Position numbers and translations under genes: made by a program. The notes under the pieces were generated by a model that was not told the DNA's origin, searched no databases, and worked only from the letters and a program-made list of their open reading frames with translations. DNA of 64,000 bases, from contig JAANOX010000258.1 in NCBI GenBank assembly GCA_020184695.1, positions 62,001 through 126,000 of the forward strand. Reading direction: 5' to 3'. Numbering within the stretch: position 1 is the first letter of the stretch; each line of letters starts with the position of its first letter. Below are positions 54,333-64,000 of this stretch, one piece after another. The DNA comes from Histomonas meleagridis 2922-C6/04-290x (Eukaryota > Protista > Parabasalia).

Positions 54333-55552
54333 ATGTATTCTTATTTTCTGTTGTGCCGGGTACGTTTAAAGTACCTCTGAAAAGTGCCGTTTTATTGGAA
54401 ATGACTGGATCTCCAAGCGTTGTATTAACTCAACCCAGCACACCAGCTTTCCCTCTAAGTCATGACAATTCAAATGGAGATCTCATAATAAAGCAAAATG
54501 ATATACTTGACAGTCCAAAAGGTAGCAAATACAAAGTAATTTCATTACTTGGTCGTGGACAATTTGGTCAAGTTTTAAAAGTTGAAGAAATACAATCCAA
54601 TTCGAATGGAACACAAATGCCTACCACATATGCTATTAAAGTTTCCAAATCTCATCTTCGTTATCGTCAACAAGCACAACGTGAAGTTCAACTCATGATG
54701 CAAATACAATCGCAAATTAATGAAGATGAAAAAGAATGTATTGTACAATTATACGATTGGTTTGTTTATTATGATCACATCTGCATGGTAATTGAGCTAT
54801 TATCATTTGATCTTTATGAAATCATCAAACGCCGTGATTATACAGGCCTTCCACTTCAGCTTGTTCAAGTTGTAGCTAAGAAGATGCTTATTGCCTTAAT
54901 TGCCTTACAACGTATTGGTGTTATTCATTGCGACCTTAAGCCTGAAAACATCTTACTTGGGGACATATATTCCTTTTCTGTCAAGATGATAGACTTTGGA
55001 AGTTCCATGTTATCAAATCAAGTACCACAATTTTACATTCAATCTCGATATTACAGAGCACCAGAAGTTCTCCTTGGCATGAACTATTCGTTTCCCATAG
55101 ACATGTGGTCGCTTGGCTGCGTTCTTTTCGAACTTTTTACTGCGCTGCCACTTTTTCCAGGCCAAAATGAGTTTCAAATGGTCGAATTGATCACAACCAT
55201 GCTTGGTAATGTGCCCGAACGTGTCTTAAATCTATCATCCAAGAAGGACATGTTCTTTACGAGTGATGGTTCCTTAAAAACAGAAGAACAATATTTTCGT
55301 GATAATGGATTAGGAACAGTTCCACAAACAGAGTTTAATTATCGTTACTTTATCATACCAGATTTAAAAAATGTTATTTTGGAATATGGTAAGAAAATGA
55401 CAGATGAAATGAAAAGAAATGAAAGACCAAAAAGAATTGTGTTTTATGACTTCCTTGAAAAGATATTAAGAATAGACCCAGACGAAAGAATGACACCGAC
55501 TGAGGCATTACAGCACGCTTTTATTAACGCGAATTTTACTGGTGGAAGTTAG
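54333..55552 (+). CDS. YAK1/DYRK-family CMGC protein kinase
   Basis: LGRGQFGQV, HCDLKPENILL, DFG and YIQSRYYRAPE, with a YAK1-type N-terminal DNSNGDLII. The ATG at 54333 joins the main frame if one T is added near 54345; otherwise the start is 54401. Confidence 0.9.
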
Positions 55553-56045
55553 TAGTAGTATAAATTAGATTCGCGATTATAACTCTGTATAAAATACATA
55601 AATGATTATATTGTTTTCTTGTGTTAATATAAAATTACATTCATTCATGTAATTACAAAAAAAAATATTGACATAAATACAATTTCTTTTTGATAACGCG
55701 ATGATATAAATGTTTGATTATATAGACAAACAGATTATATTACAAAATCATTTTTTTCAAAAAGATTCAATTTATTGATTTATATAAAAATTCATATAAA
55801 CATTACTATTACATATATAATTAGTTCCATTAAAAGAATAGTGGACTAATTTAAATGATTTTAATATTAAAATTCAAAATTTAACCACTTTCATGTCAGC
55901 TTGACACAATAACTGACTTTGTTCGGTTAGTTGTCATTTGACAATTAACTGTTTATTTTGTATCAAAAAGTTTCCAGGTGATAAATATTTGAGAAACAAT
56001 TTGAATGCCAGTTTAAATCTGTATTGAATACTTGTTGGTTATCAA

Positions 56046-57011
56046 ATGTTCTTTGTAGCTATTTTAGCTTTATCATTATCTACATCAGGTACTGTCACTG
56101 CTGATGTTCTTAATGTCCGTGCTAGCGCAACAACAAGCTCATCAGTTCTTTTCCAAATCAAGAAAAACAATAAAGTAACAATTACATCATCTGCTGCCTC
56201 TGGAAGCTGGTACAAGATTACATATAGCGGTAAGACAGGTTATGTTTCAGCACAATATATCAAACTTGATACAACAGCTATCAAAACAGGATATGTAACT
56301 GCTTCTGCTCTTAATGTTCGTTCTGAACCAACAACATCAAGCTCTACCCTTGGTCAACTTAAGAATGGCGTTAGCATTTCAATCTTAGGCACATCTGGAA
56401 ATTGGTACATGATCAATTACAATGGCAAACTCGGATATGTTTCATCAGATTATGTTTCCACATCAAAGCCATCAACACCAACCACACCAACAACTGGAAA
56501 AGTTACACAAGCCCAACTCAAATCATTTGGCTGGAAAGATACCTCTTCCACAAATGTTAATGAATTAAACAACTGCTTATCCAAGTTCGGCATCACAACA
56601 CAAGCTTCAATCCGCCACTTCATGTCACAATGCGCACATGAATCAGTTTTAGGTACATACACCAAAGAAATTGCTTCCGGATCAGCTTACGAAGGCAGAA
56701 AAGACCTTGGTAACACACAAAAGGGTGATGGTCCAAAGTTCAAGGGTGCTGGTTACATTCAAATGACAGGTCGTGCCAATTACCAAGCATTCGCTAACTA
56801 CATTGGCGACCAAAACGTTATGCAAGGTGTTGACTACGTTGCTAAGAAGTATCCATGGACATCCGCTGGTTACTGGTGGTACAAGAATAACATGAACTCA
56901 CTCTGCAACAAAGGTGCAACTGTTGAACAAGTCACAAAGAAAGTCAATGGTGGATACAATGGATTAGACTCACGTAAGAGCTACTACAACAAGGCTTGCA
57001 ACATCTTCTAA
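56046..57011 (+). CDS. Secreted SH3b-SH3b-GH19-like (lysozyme/chitinase fold) cell-wall hydrolase, bacterial type
   Basis: Signal peptide, two SH3b domains ([16 protein letters not shown]...GYVSAQYI and [16 protein letters not shown]...GYVSSDYV), a PT linker, and GH19 motifs [30 protein letters not shown] and [12 protein letters not shown]. Confidence 0.9.
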   Translation: MFFVAILALSLSTSGTVTADVLNVRASATTSSSVLFQIKKNNKVTITSSAASGSWYKITYSGKTGYVSAQYIKLDTTAIKTGYVTASALNVRSEPTTSSSTLGQLKNGVSISILGTSGNWYMINYNGKLGYVSSDYVSTSKPSTPTTPTTGKVTQAQLKSFGWKDTSSTNVNELNNCLSKFGITTQASIRHFMSQCAHESVLGTYTKEIASGSAYEGRKDLGNTQKGDGPKFKGAGYIQMTGRANYQAFANYIGDQNVMQGVDYVAKKYPWTSAGYWWYKNNMNSLCNKGATVEQVTKKVNGGYNGLDSRKSYYNKACNIF

Positions 57012-58220
57012 ACCATTTAAGTCTGAATATTTATATGCAGTCGGGTAAACCATTGAAGTTTTCTATCGTTCCGCGCGGAACCATTGAAATATTTTGTTTT
57101 TGATGAAGAGAATTGAGTTGAAAATTTTTATATTATATAATAATTTTTGTTTTTGCCTTGGAGAAAGAAAAATTTTCTGCATATAAAAGTCGATTTATGA
57201 TTTTTTTTATCCTTGAAGATATTGGGTGTACTGGGTAATGGTATATACATAACTTTCGATCTAAAGTATGCAAACTTAAAAGAAAACGATATCCTATTGA
57301 AGAGCATATTTTTTTAATATCTAAAAATGATTTTGTTTTAATTGGAGAATTTGCTTACTATAAAAAAAGCTTGTTAGATGAAAATCTGATCCATTTACAT
57401 AGTCGATAAAACCAAATTCGAATAAAGATAAGGAGTGAAATATATAATAAATTTCGTGTGACTGATGATGAAACATTTGAAGAGAATAACATTATTTCTG
57501 TTTCTACTGTACTTTTAGCACTTAAACTTAGAGGTGATAAACAAGTAATTTACACATACCCCAAAGAGAAAATTGATGTAAATTCTAAAGTTAATATCAT
57601 AGGTGACTTTACATTTATATATCTAAAGTAATTCTGAAACAGGTTGGAATGTGAACGTGAATGAAAACGACAAACAATAATAAACTCTATCGAATATGAT
57701 AGTTGTTTTGGGAATGTTTGCTTAATGTTAATGAATTTAAGTTTGATGAAGGATTTGTAGCAAAGGAAGACGGGATAAGTTTTTGGAAGAGAAGTTAGAT
57801 TATTTGGGACTTAGGGGTAAAAAAAAGATAATTTTCATACAGTTTTGACCGCAAATACAAAGAAGCAAATACACCACAATGGTTAAGTTCCCAAGTGAAG
57901 AATATGAAAATGCTGCACAACTTGAAGTTACACACCAGCCTGCGTTATTAGGGTGTTTATGATAATGAAGAATTTACGGAATAATAATAAAGAGTTAACA
58001 CTTCAGAACTTGGAAAATTATATAAGGAACATAATGGTTATACAGTTGTGGAATTGGGCTCAATACTGTACGATCTAAAGTAAAATGCTTTTCTTTTTAT
58101 TTAAATACCCAGATGTAATTAAGAGAGTCAGAATTATCAATCCAAGGAAAGAAATATCGAATTATTATGAATTTTTGTGCAAAATCAGCTCAAAAGGGCA
58201 TTTTTTCATGGAAAAACGAA

Positions 58221-58295
58221 ATCACCGTGGAACAATGGGTTTAGTTCGTAAGGCTCATAACCTTAAGGTTGGAAGTTCGAGTCTTCCCGGTGGTC
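58221..58295 (+). tRNA. tRNA-Met (CAT)
   Basis: Full cloverleaf: acceptor ATCACCG/CGGTGGT, D stem GAAC/GTTC, anticodon arm TAAGG-CTCATAA-CCTTA, T arm GGAAG-TTCGAGT-CTTCC. Confidence 0.88.
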
Positions 58296-58302
58296 TTTTT
58301 TT
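58296..58302 (+). terminator. Pol III oligo(T) terminator
   Basis: T7 immediately after the tRNA. Confidence 0.75.
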
Positions 58303-59374
58303 CAGTTCAAAAAACTTTAGTAGTATTGAGCATGCTTGGTGGTTTTATTTGGATTTTATGTACTATGTTCATTTCATTTACTCCTTTTTTATTTTTTATT
58401 GTTTTATAAGCTCACAACAAATAAAATCAAAAGCATATTTTTTTTTAGAAAAATCGAAATCACCATGAAATACATCAACTAAGCAATAGCTTTTAGGAAC
58501 AATTTTGTTGTTTCCTGTTGCCATTCCTTAAATGCATATTTTGACGATATTATCTCCTTTAAAATCTTTTGCAAATGGATCTTCTTCAACATTAGATTGA
58601 CGGTATCCTACTGAAATGTTTTGTGTGCATTTTCTGTATGTTGGAAGATAACTTCTGACATATCTTCATCATTACTTCCTTTTGCGTCGACTCTAGAACA
58701 TGACCAACTTCCGCCTCTAAAAGAAGGTGAAGTGAAGTTCATCAATTCGCTCAGCGAAGGAAACGTAAAAGCATAATTCGACATTGGTTCGACTCTTTGT
58801 TTGTCGCGATAATGGGAATAAGAAATATAACGGAAGTTTCGTATTATGTTTGGGAATTGCTTGATCTAGATGTCGTGAATTCGTTCGGAAAAGAATTCGT
58901 TTCGAACATGTTGCGAAACCAAAAGGTGATTGAAATTGTCCAAAAAATGCAATCTTAAAGAATTCAGTAATCTTGAAGAACAAATTTTGAAGATTCAAAA
59001 AAGCATGTTTTTAATTTGGAAAAATAAATTATTTGCGAAAATGTTTTAAAAACTTAATTCATTTTGTATAATAATAAAAAATGTTTTATGCTTAAAAATA
59101 GTAAAAAATGCCATTCGAATTTTTTCAAAATATATAGCTATGGCATATGCCATTTGAGTTCACTTTGGCAAAAGAAAATTCCTATGGCACTTTTTAATTT
59201 ATATAGTTTACATTATAAAGAAATTCAGAAAAAAAGGAGATATTTGGTCGTTCACCGGGGAATGTGTCTAACGTCAAATTTATTGATGTTTTAAATACTT
59301 TACATAAGAAAATAGTGGTCACAGTGTACAAAAGTTGCTCACAAATTTGAAAGAAAATTTGTCGAAAATTAACA

Positions 59375-59749
59375 ATGATGAACGAAAACAATGCTCCCCC
59401 TCTGAATTACAAAGTGCAATGGACACAAGAGGAAGACAATATCCTTCGAGATTTTATTAATGATAAAAGCGAAAACTTTTATGAATGGAAATACATTCAT
59501 GATATGCTTTTACCATATAAAAATCCAATGCAAATCTCCGAAAGGTGGAAGAAAGTGTTAAGAAACGACATCAAGAAGGGATCATGGACACAAGAGGAAG
59601 ACGATATGGTAATAAATCATGTAAATATATATGGACCAAAAAAATGGAATCTGTTAGGTGGTACTTTGAAACGTACAGGAAAACAATGCCGTGACAGGTG
59701 GGTGAATGTTCTTAATCGAAGATTAAACCTTGACTTCTATAACGTGTAA
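59375..59749 (+). CDS. Short Myb-repeat protein, possibly truncated
   Basis: WTQEEDNIL...ISERWKKVL and GSWTQEEDDMV...GPKKW...RTGKQCRDRWVNVL. The ORF stops soon after the second repeat. Confidence 0.75.
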   Translation: MMNENNAPPLNYKVQWTQEEDNILRDFINDKSENFYEWKYIHDMLLPYKNPMQISERWKKVLRNDIKKGSWTQEEDDMVINHVNIYGPKKWNLLGGTLKRTGKQCRDRWVNVLNRRLNLDFYNV

Positions 59750-60420
59750 GGTGATAGCGCAATTACGTTTTCTGGGAAGTGTCATTTTAATTAATTCTGA
59801 TGAAGAAAATTGGAATAACATATATGAAGAATGAAAAAAAAGTATTCTTATTATAAACATTCCCACCTTCACTATTGGCTTAATTTTCATTTTTTAGAAA
59901 GGTTTATTGTAAAAGTAATGCTTTACCAATTTCTTTGATACCAAAGTAATTACATCTTAAATATATAGAAAATCGCTCAGAGTAATTTATGTAGTCTACC
60001 ACCTTTTTGTAACTCAAGAAGTTGATCTCTTTAAATCTTTCTTTGTGTAAATGATAAGTTTTATGAACATGTCATAACAAGTTCATGAATTTTCAATTTG
60101 AGAATTTTTGTTAGAAAATTTATTCTGACCTAATTAAATTAAGGCATTCCCTTTAGAGTATGTACGAAGTGGAACCTGAGACAACAGATATTCTCAGCTG
60201 AAAGTTTTTACATGTGCTAGCAACTGAATAATTAAATTATCAATTTTCATTTTTTATCTATTATTGGGAAAGTAACCATTGACGTTTTTTTTTTACAAAG
60301 AATATACATTGTATAGCAATGTTAATTGAATTACATAAAACTTATAACAATTATAATTATAATTCAACAAAATTCCATAAGTAAAGCATAATTAATAGAA
60401 TATGTTTTTGTTTAATTTAT

Positions 60421-61647
60421 TTATTGTGGCTTGTGATAAAGGAAATGAACCGCAGAGAGGAAAGCAGCAGCCATTATCAGCATCATAGATACCTGATAAG
60501 GTTGAGCGCAATATAAGAATTTTTCCTTTTCTCTAATAGCCAATGGTCTAATTGCTATTGCCATTTCTTCTCTAGCGTTCATCCATCCTTCCTTATCTGT
60601 GAACACTTTAATTTTGAAGTTACCTGCACGATCTGGGAGCATAAGTGTTTCTTGATAATATCCAGGCTCTATCATTTTCATGTGTCTTCTTACAAATACT
60701 CCAAGCATAAAGACTTCGACTTGAACATCATTCTCTGTATAATTCGACCATTCGCCTCTATCGGCGTAGACGATACGGGCACTAACCGTCACATTTTGCT
60801 TGATGTGATACTGAACAGGTGTTTCTCCAGTCTCAGCATCGCAATGGCTTGCTTCAATGATCTTTACATGGTTCTTGTAGTGAGTAAGCCATTCGCTAAG
60901 TTGTTTAAGAAGATCACGATTTCCATTTGAAACTGATGTATTAAGTTGTCCCATGTTTTCAGAAAGAGTGATTTCTTTCTGCATGGTTTCATCGAGTGCA
61001 AAAGTAGAGGAATGAATGATTATGATACGACCACCATTTCGTGCTTGAAATGCTGATATGGGAATTAAATCATTGGCTAAATGTGGTGAATATGAAACAA
61101 GATCCGGATTAACAGGTAAATGTTCAAGGCCACCTATAACAATAGGGAAACGGAAATCATTTGGACGATCAATTGTTGAGTATCCACCTTCGTATAAAAG
61201 TGGATTAACAGACTGAGAAACGATTTGTGGTGGGGCAACAATTTTTCGGAGAACAACCTGTTTGTTTCCATTAATATCTGTAATTTTATTGGAACTGATT
61301 ACACGGAGATTGAGATGCCTGTAAATTTTATCTTGAAGTTCACTACCTTGATTTGATGAAAAAACATATGCATTGCCACCGTTGTCAACAAAATCAAATA
61401 AATCATCTGCATTATTACCCAAGCAAGATGTTTTACTGCACATTATAATAACTGTATCATAAACCTTTTGTCCAAAACGTTCAAGATAAACTTGATTTTT
61501 TCCGCATGTTGAAAATGTGATTTCGCAATTAAGTGATTTTAGATCATTAAAGAAAGTAGAATATTTATCTTCATCTCCTTTTGCTGAAAGTAATGCGAGA
61601 ATTTTATGTGTAGATGAGGATAGTGATAAAAAAGCTAGAAAAAACAT
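60421..61647 (-). CDS. WBP1: Oligosaccharyltransferase subunit OST48/WBP1
   Basis: Signal peptide, YSTFFNDL, FVDNGGN, SAFQARNGGR, YHIKQNV, DVQVEVFML..FVR, LPDRAGNFKIKV and a C-terminal TM helix ending HFLYHK. Confidence 0.9.
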   Translation of the reverse strand: MFFLAFLSLSSSTHKILALLSAKGDEDKYSTFFNDLKSLNCEITFSTCGKNQVYLERFGQKVYDTVIIMCSKTSCLGNNADDLFDFVDNGGNAYVFSSNQGSELQDKIYRHLNLRVISSNKITDINGNKQVVLRKIVAPPQIVSQSVNPLLYEGGYSTIDRPNDFRFPIVIGGLEHLPVNPDLVSYSPHLANDLIPISAFQARNGGRIIIIHSSTFALDETMQKEITLSENMGQLNTSVSNGNRDLLKQLSEWLTHYKNHVKIIEASHCDAETGETPVQYHIKQNVTVSARIVYADRGEWSNYTENDVQVEVFMLGVFVRRHMKMIEPGYYQETLMLPDRAGNFKIKVFTDKEGWMNAREEMAIAIRPLAIREKEKFLYCAQPYQVSMMLIMAAAFLSAVHFLYHKPQ

Positions 61648-61724
61648 TTTGACCAAACACAAAAGTGACAATATTTTAGGATACCCCAAATTTGTTTTGT
61701 TTAACGTATTTTTAAGACATTTGA

Positions 61725-64000
61725 TTTGAAATTCACAAATTTAAGATTTTATCAAGTGGAAATTGCAAGATCTCTGTTCAAATCAATACTATTGATCCAA
61801 TTCTTATGCCACCAGATCGGGAATTCGATCCAATCAATTTAGGGTATCGTAATGAACCATTAAAGCAAGTACCTCTTATCCAAATATTTGGGAAAGCGAT
61901 TGAAGATCATTCGGATCAATGTATTATTGTTCATGGAATGTTTGCAAAAATTTATGTTGATTGTCCACAAGATGAAAATGAACAAAATCAATTTCGTGAT
62001 GCAATTCTTCATCACATATCAACAAAATTTCCAGAACAAATTGTTTATGATTTTAAAACCGTTACTTCCACTTCAATATATGGTTATAATATGCCACAAC
62101 GTTTTCTTCAAATCTCTTTAATATCATTAAATCTTCAACAAATATCTTATCATTTATCAACGTTTGTTTGGGGAGGTAAAGCAATTAAATCATATGAAGG
62201 TCATATACCATATTTTCTTCAATTTTTTCGAGATTATAATCTTACAGGATGTGGCAAAATTAATCTTTCCAACTTTAAAATTCTTGAATCCAAAATCAGT
62301 AAATATGGAACAGAAATACATTGTACTGTTAATGATATTATTTCACCCAAAGTTAATTCTTCATCTCAAATTTTAAGTCATCTTGAACCAATTTGGAAAG
62401 AACAAAAAGAAATCCGAAGAAACATGAACATTGATACAGAACCAGCAATTACATTTACAAGTCGTAGAGATCTTTTATTTACACAACGTCTTCCACAAAT
62501 AGAACCATCACAAATTCCACCAACATCACAAGAATTAGAAAATCTTTTAGAATATCTCGAAAAATATGATCCTAATAAATCACTTGAATCAATTGAAAAT
62601 GAAGAACAACGTACGCAACTTGAAGTTGATTCTATTTTAAGCGAAGGCCCGATTTTTCATTGTCCATCAACATTTGACGTGCGACCGTTAACATGCACTC
62701 TATCGGATTTAACATCACAAGTCACAACGATAGACACTTTTGCTACCAAACTTATTGTTCAAGAAAATAAATCATTTTTTAAATATACCAAAGAAACCTT
62801 TAATCAAAATGAAGAAGAAGAACTTAATGAAGAACAACCTGAAGAAGACACTCAAGAAGAAAATCATTCATCAGAAAACATTTCAATTTTATTTCTAGAA
62901 ATTGGATGTAAACCACGTCCAAACTTATTACCAGATCCTGAACATGATCCAATTATTTTTATTATTTATTCCTTTTATTTAAATGATAAAATACTTGAAA
63001 CCGGCGTCATATATAACGGTCCCAAATTTCAATACCCCATTCAATGCATGTACGTTAACGACGAGCCGACACTTTTTTCTAAACTTATCAATTTGATTCT
63101 TCGATTAAATCCAGATATTATTGTAGGCTTTAATACTGAGAAAGAATCAATTGGTTATATTAATGAACGTTCAATTTATTTAGGCATCACCAATTTTTAT
63201 GATGAAATTTCACGAGTTAAAAAACATTTTACATCATTCGAAGATGTCCGTAATATTGGCGGACGAATTATTTTTAATGTATGGCGAATAATTCGTGGGA
63301 TAGAACGCTTACGTATTTATACAATAACTAACATTAGTGACAAAATATTAGGTATTCCATTTCCAGAGATTACTAATGAACAAATATTAACATGGCTTGA
63401 AATTACGCCGTATAAATATATCTTTTTTATATATAACAAAATGAACATAGTTCTTAGTCTTATTCGAAAGTTAAATTTAATTCCATATATCTGTGAATTA
63501 ACTCAAGTTTTTGGTATTGATATATGTTCGACATTAACAAGAGGATCACAATTCCATACTGAATCATTATTATGTCGTGTCTCGAAACGAATGAATTATT
63601 TGTTATATACGCCAACGCGGAAAGAAATGATGAGCCAAAGAGCGCCAATGAGTATTCCATTAGTAATGGAGCCCAAAAGCGGATTTTATTCGAACCCTGT
63701 TATGGTGATTGATTTCCAATCGTTATATCCATCGACAATCATTGGTTATAATTTATGTTATTCAACGATTTTGGGAAGAGTAGAAAACATTAAAAAAGGT
63801 TTCGGTCAAATTGGTTGTGTCGAGAATTATCAAATCGATATGAAGAAAGTGAATGAAATGATAAATAATTCGGATGTAATTAATACGCCAAATGATGTGT
63901 TGTTCGTGAAGAAAAACGTAAGAAAAGGTATATTCCCAATTATGTTGGAACAAATATTAAACTTAAGGAGTTATATTAAGGATACAATTAAAAATACAAA
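61725..64000 (+). CDS. REV3: DNA polymerase zeta catalytic subunit (family B), runs off the window end
   Basis: Open frame absent from the ORF track: VPLIQIFG, YEGHIPYFLQFFRDYNL, LPDPEHDPI, TRGSQFHTES and PLVMEPKSGFYSNPVMVIDFQSLYPS...YNLCYST. The start codon is unresolved. Confidence 0.92.

Noticed and set aside
57200-58990. Coding-like degraded stretches flanking the tRNA, including ORFs 58085-58468 and 58717-58998
   Set aside because: They are broken by stops in all frames, I could not recognise any domain, and ORF 58085 simply reads through the tRNA.
226-63953. Numerous short antisense or alternate-frame ORFs in the track
   Set aside because: They overlap well-supported genes, have AT-biased composition and show no motifs, so they are treated as shadows.

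Overview
AT-rich eukaryotic genomic DNA, most likely from a parabasalid protist (Trichomonas/Tritrichomonas/Histomonas-like). This is inferred from compact genes without recognisable canonical introns, Inr-like TCAY motifs, and several Rab, Myb and DUF3447-ankyrin paralogues. Housekeeping genes include VPS13, a HAP40/F8A-like protein, three Rabs, a PP2A B56-like subunit, LCMT1, a RhoGEF-Kelch protein, a PP1-like phosphatase, STAG/Scc3, a YAK1/DYRK kinase, OST48/WBP1, REV3 and tRNA-Met. Two genes look bacterial in origin: a NUDIX hydrolase and an SH3b-SH3b-GH19 cell-wall hydrolase. There are also several pseudogenes, and single-base homopolymer frameshifts that are probably assembly errors. The outstanding observation is in the DUF3447-ankyrin genes. 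At almost every repeat junction, each of the four beta-hairpin codons (xxGx) is preceded by an AT-rich insert of exactly 17 nt with no GT-AG, giving 3-nt micro-exons and a 170-bp period. Removing the inserts on paper gives two stop-free ORFs: 32131-36427 (+, 71 inserts, 1029 aa) and 28303-25561 (-, 32 inserts, 732 aa), with canonical hairpins such as KDGN, KKGW, KYGE and NNGE. One repeat lacks precisely one insert, and a third, decayed locus has 6- and 3-block versions. This implies a processing or recoding mechanism I do not recognise (non-canonical micro-introns, deletion editing, bypassing or DNA excision). The mechanism itself cannot be seen from DNA alone.
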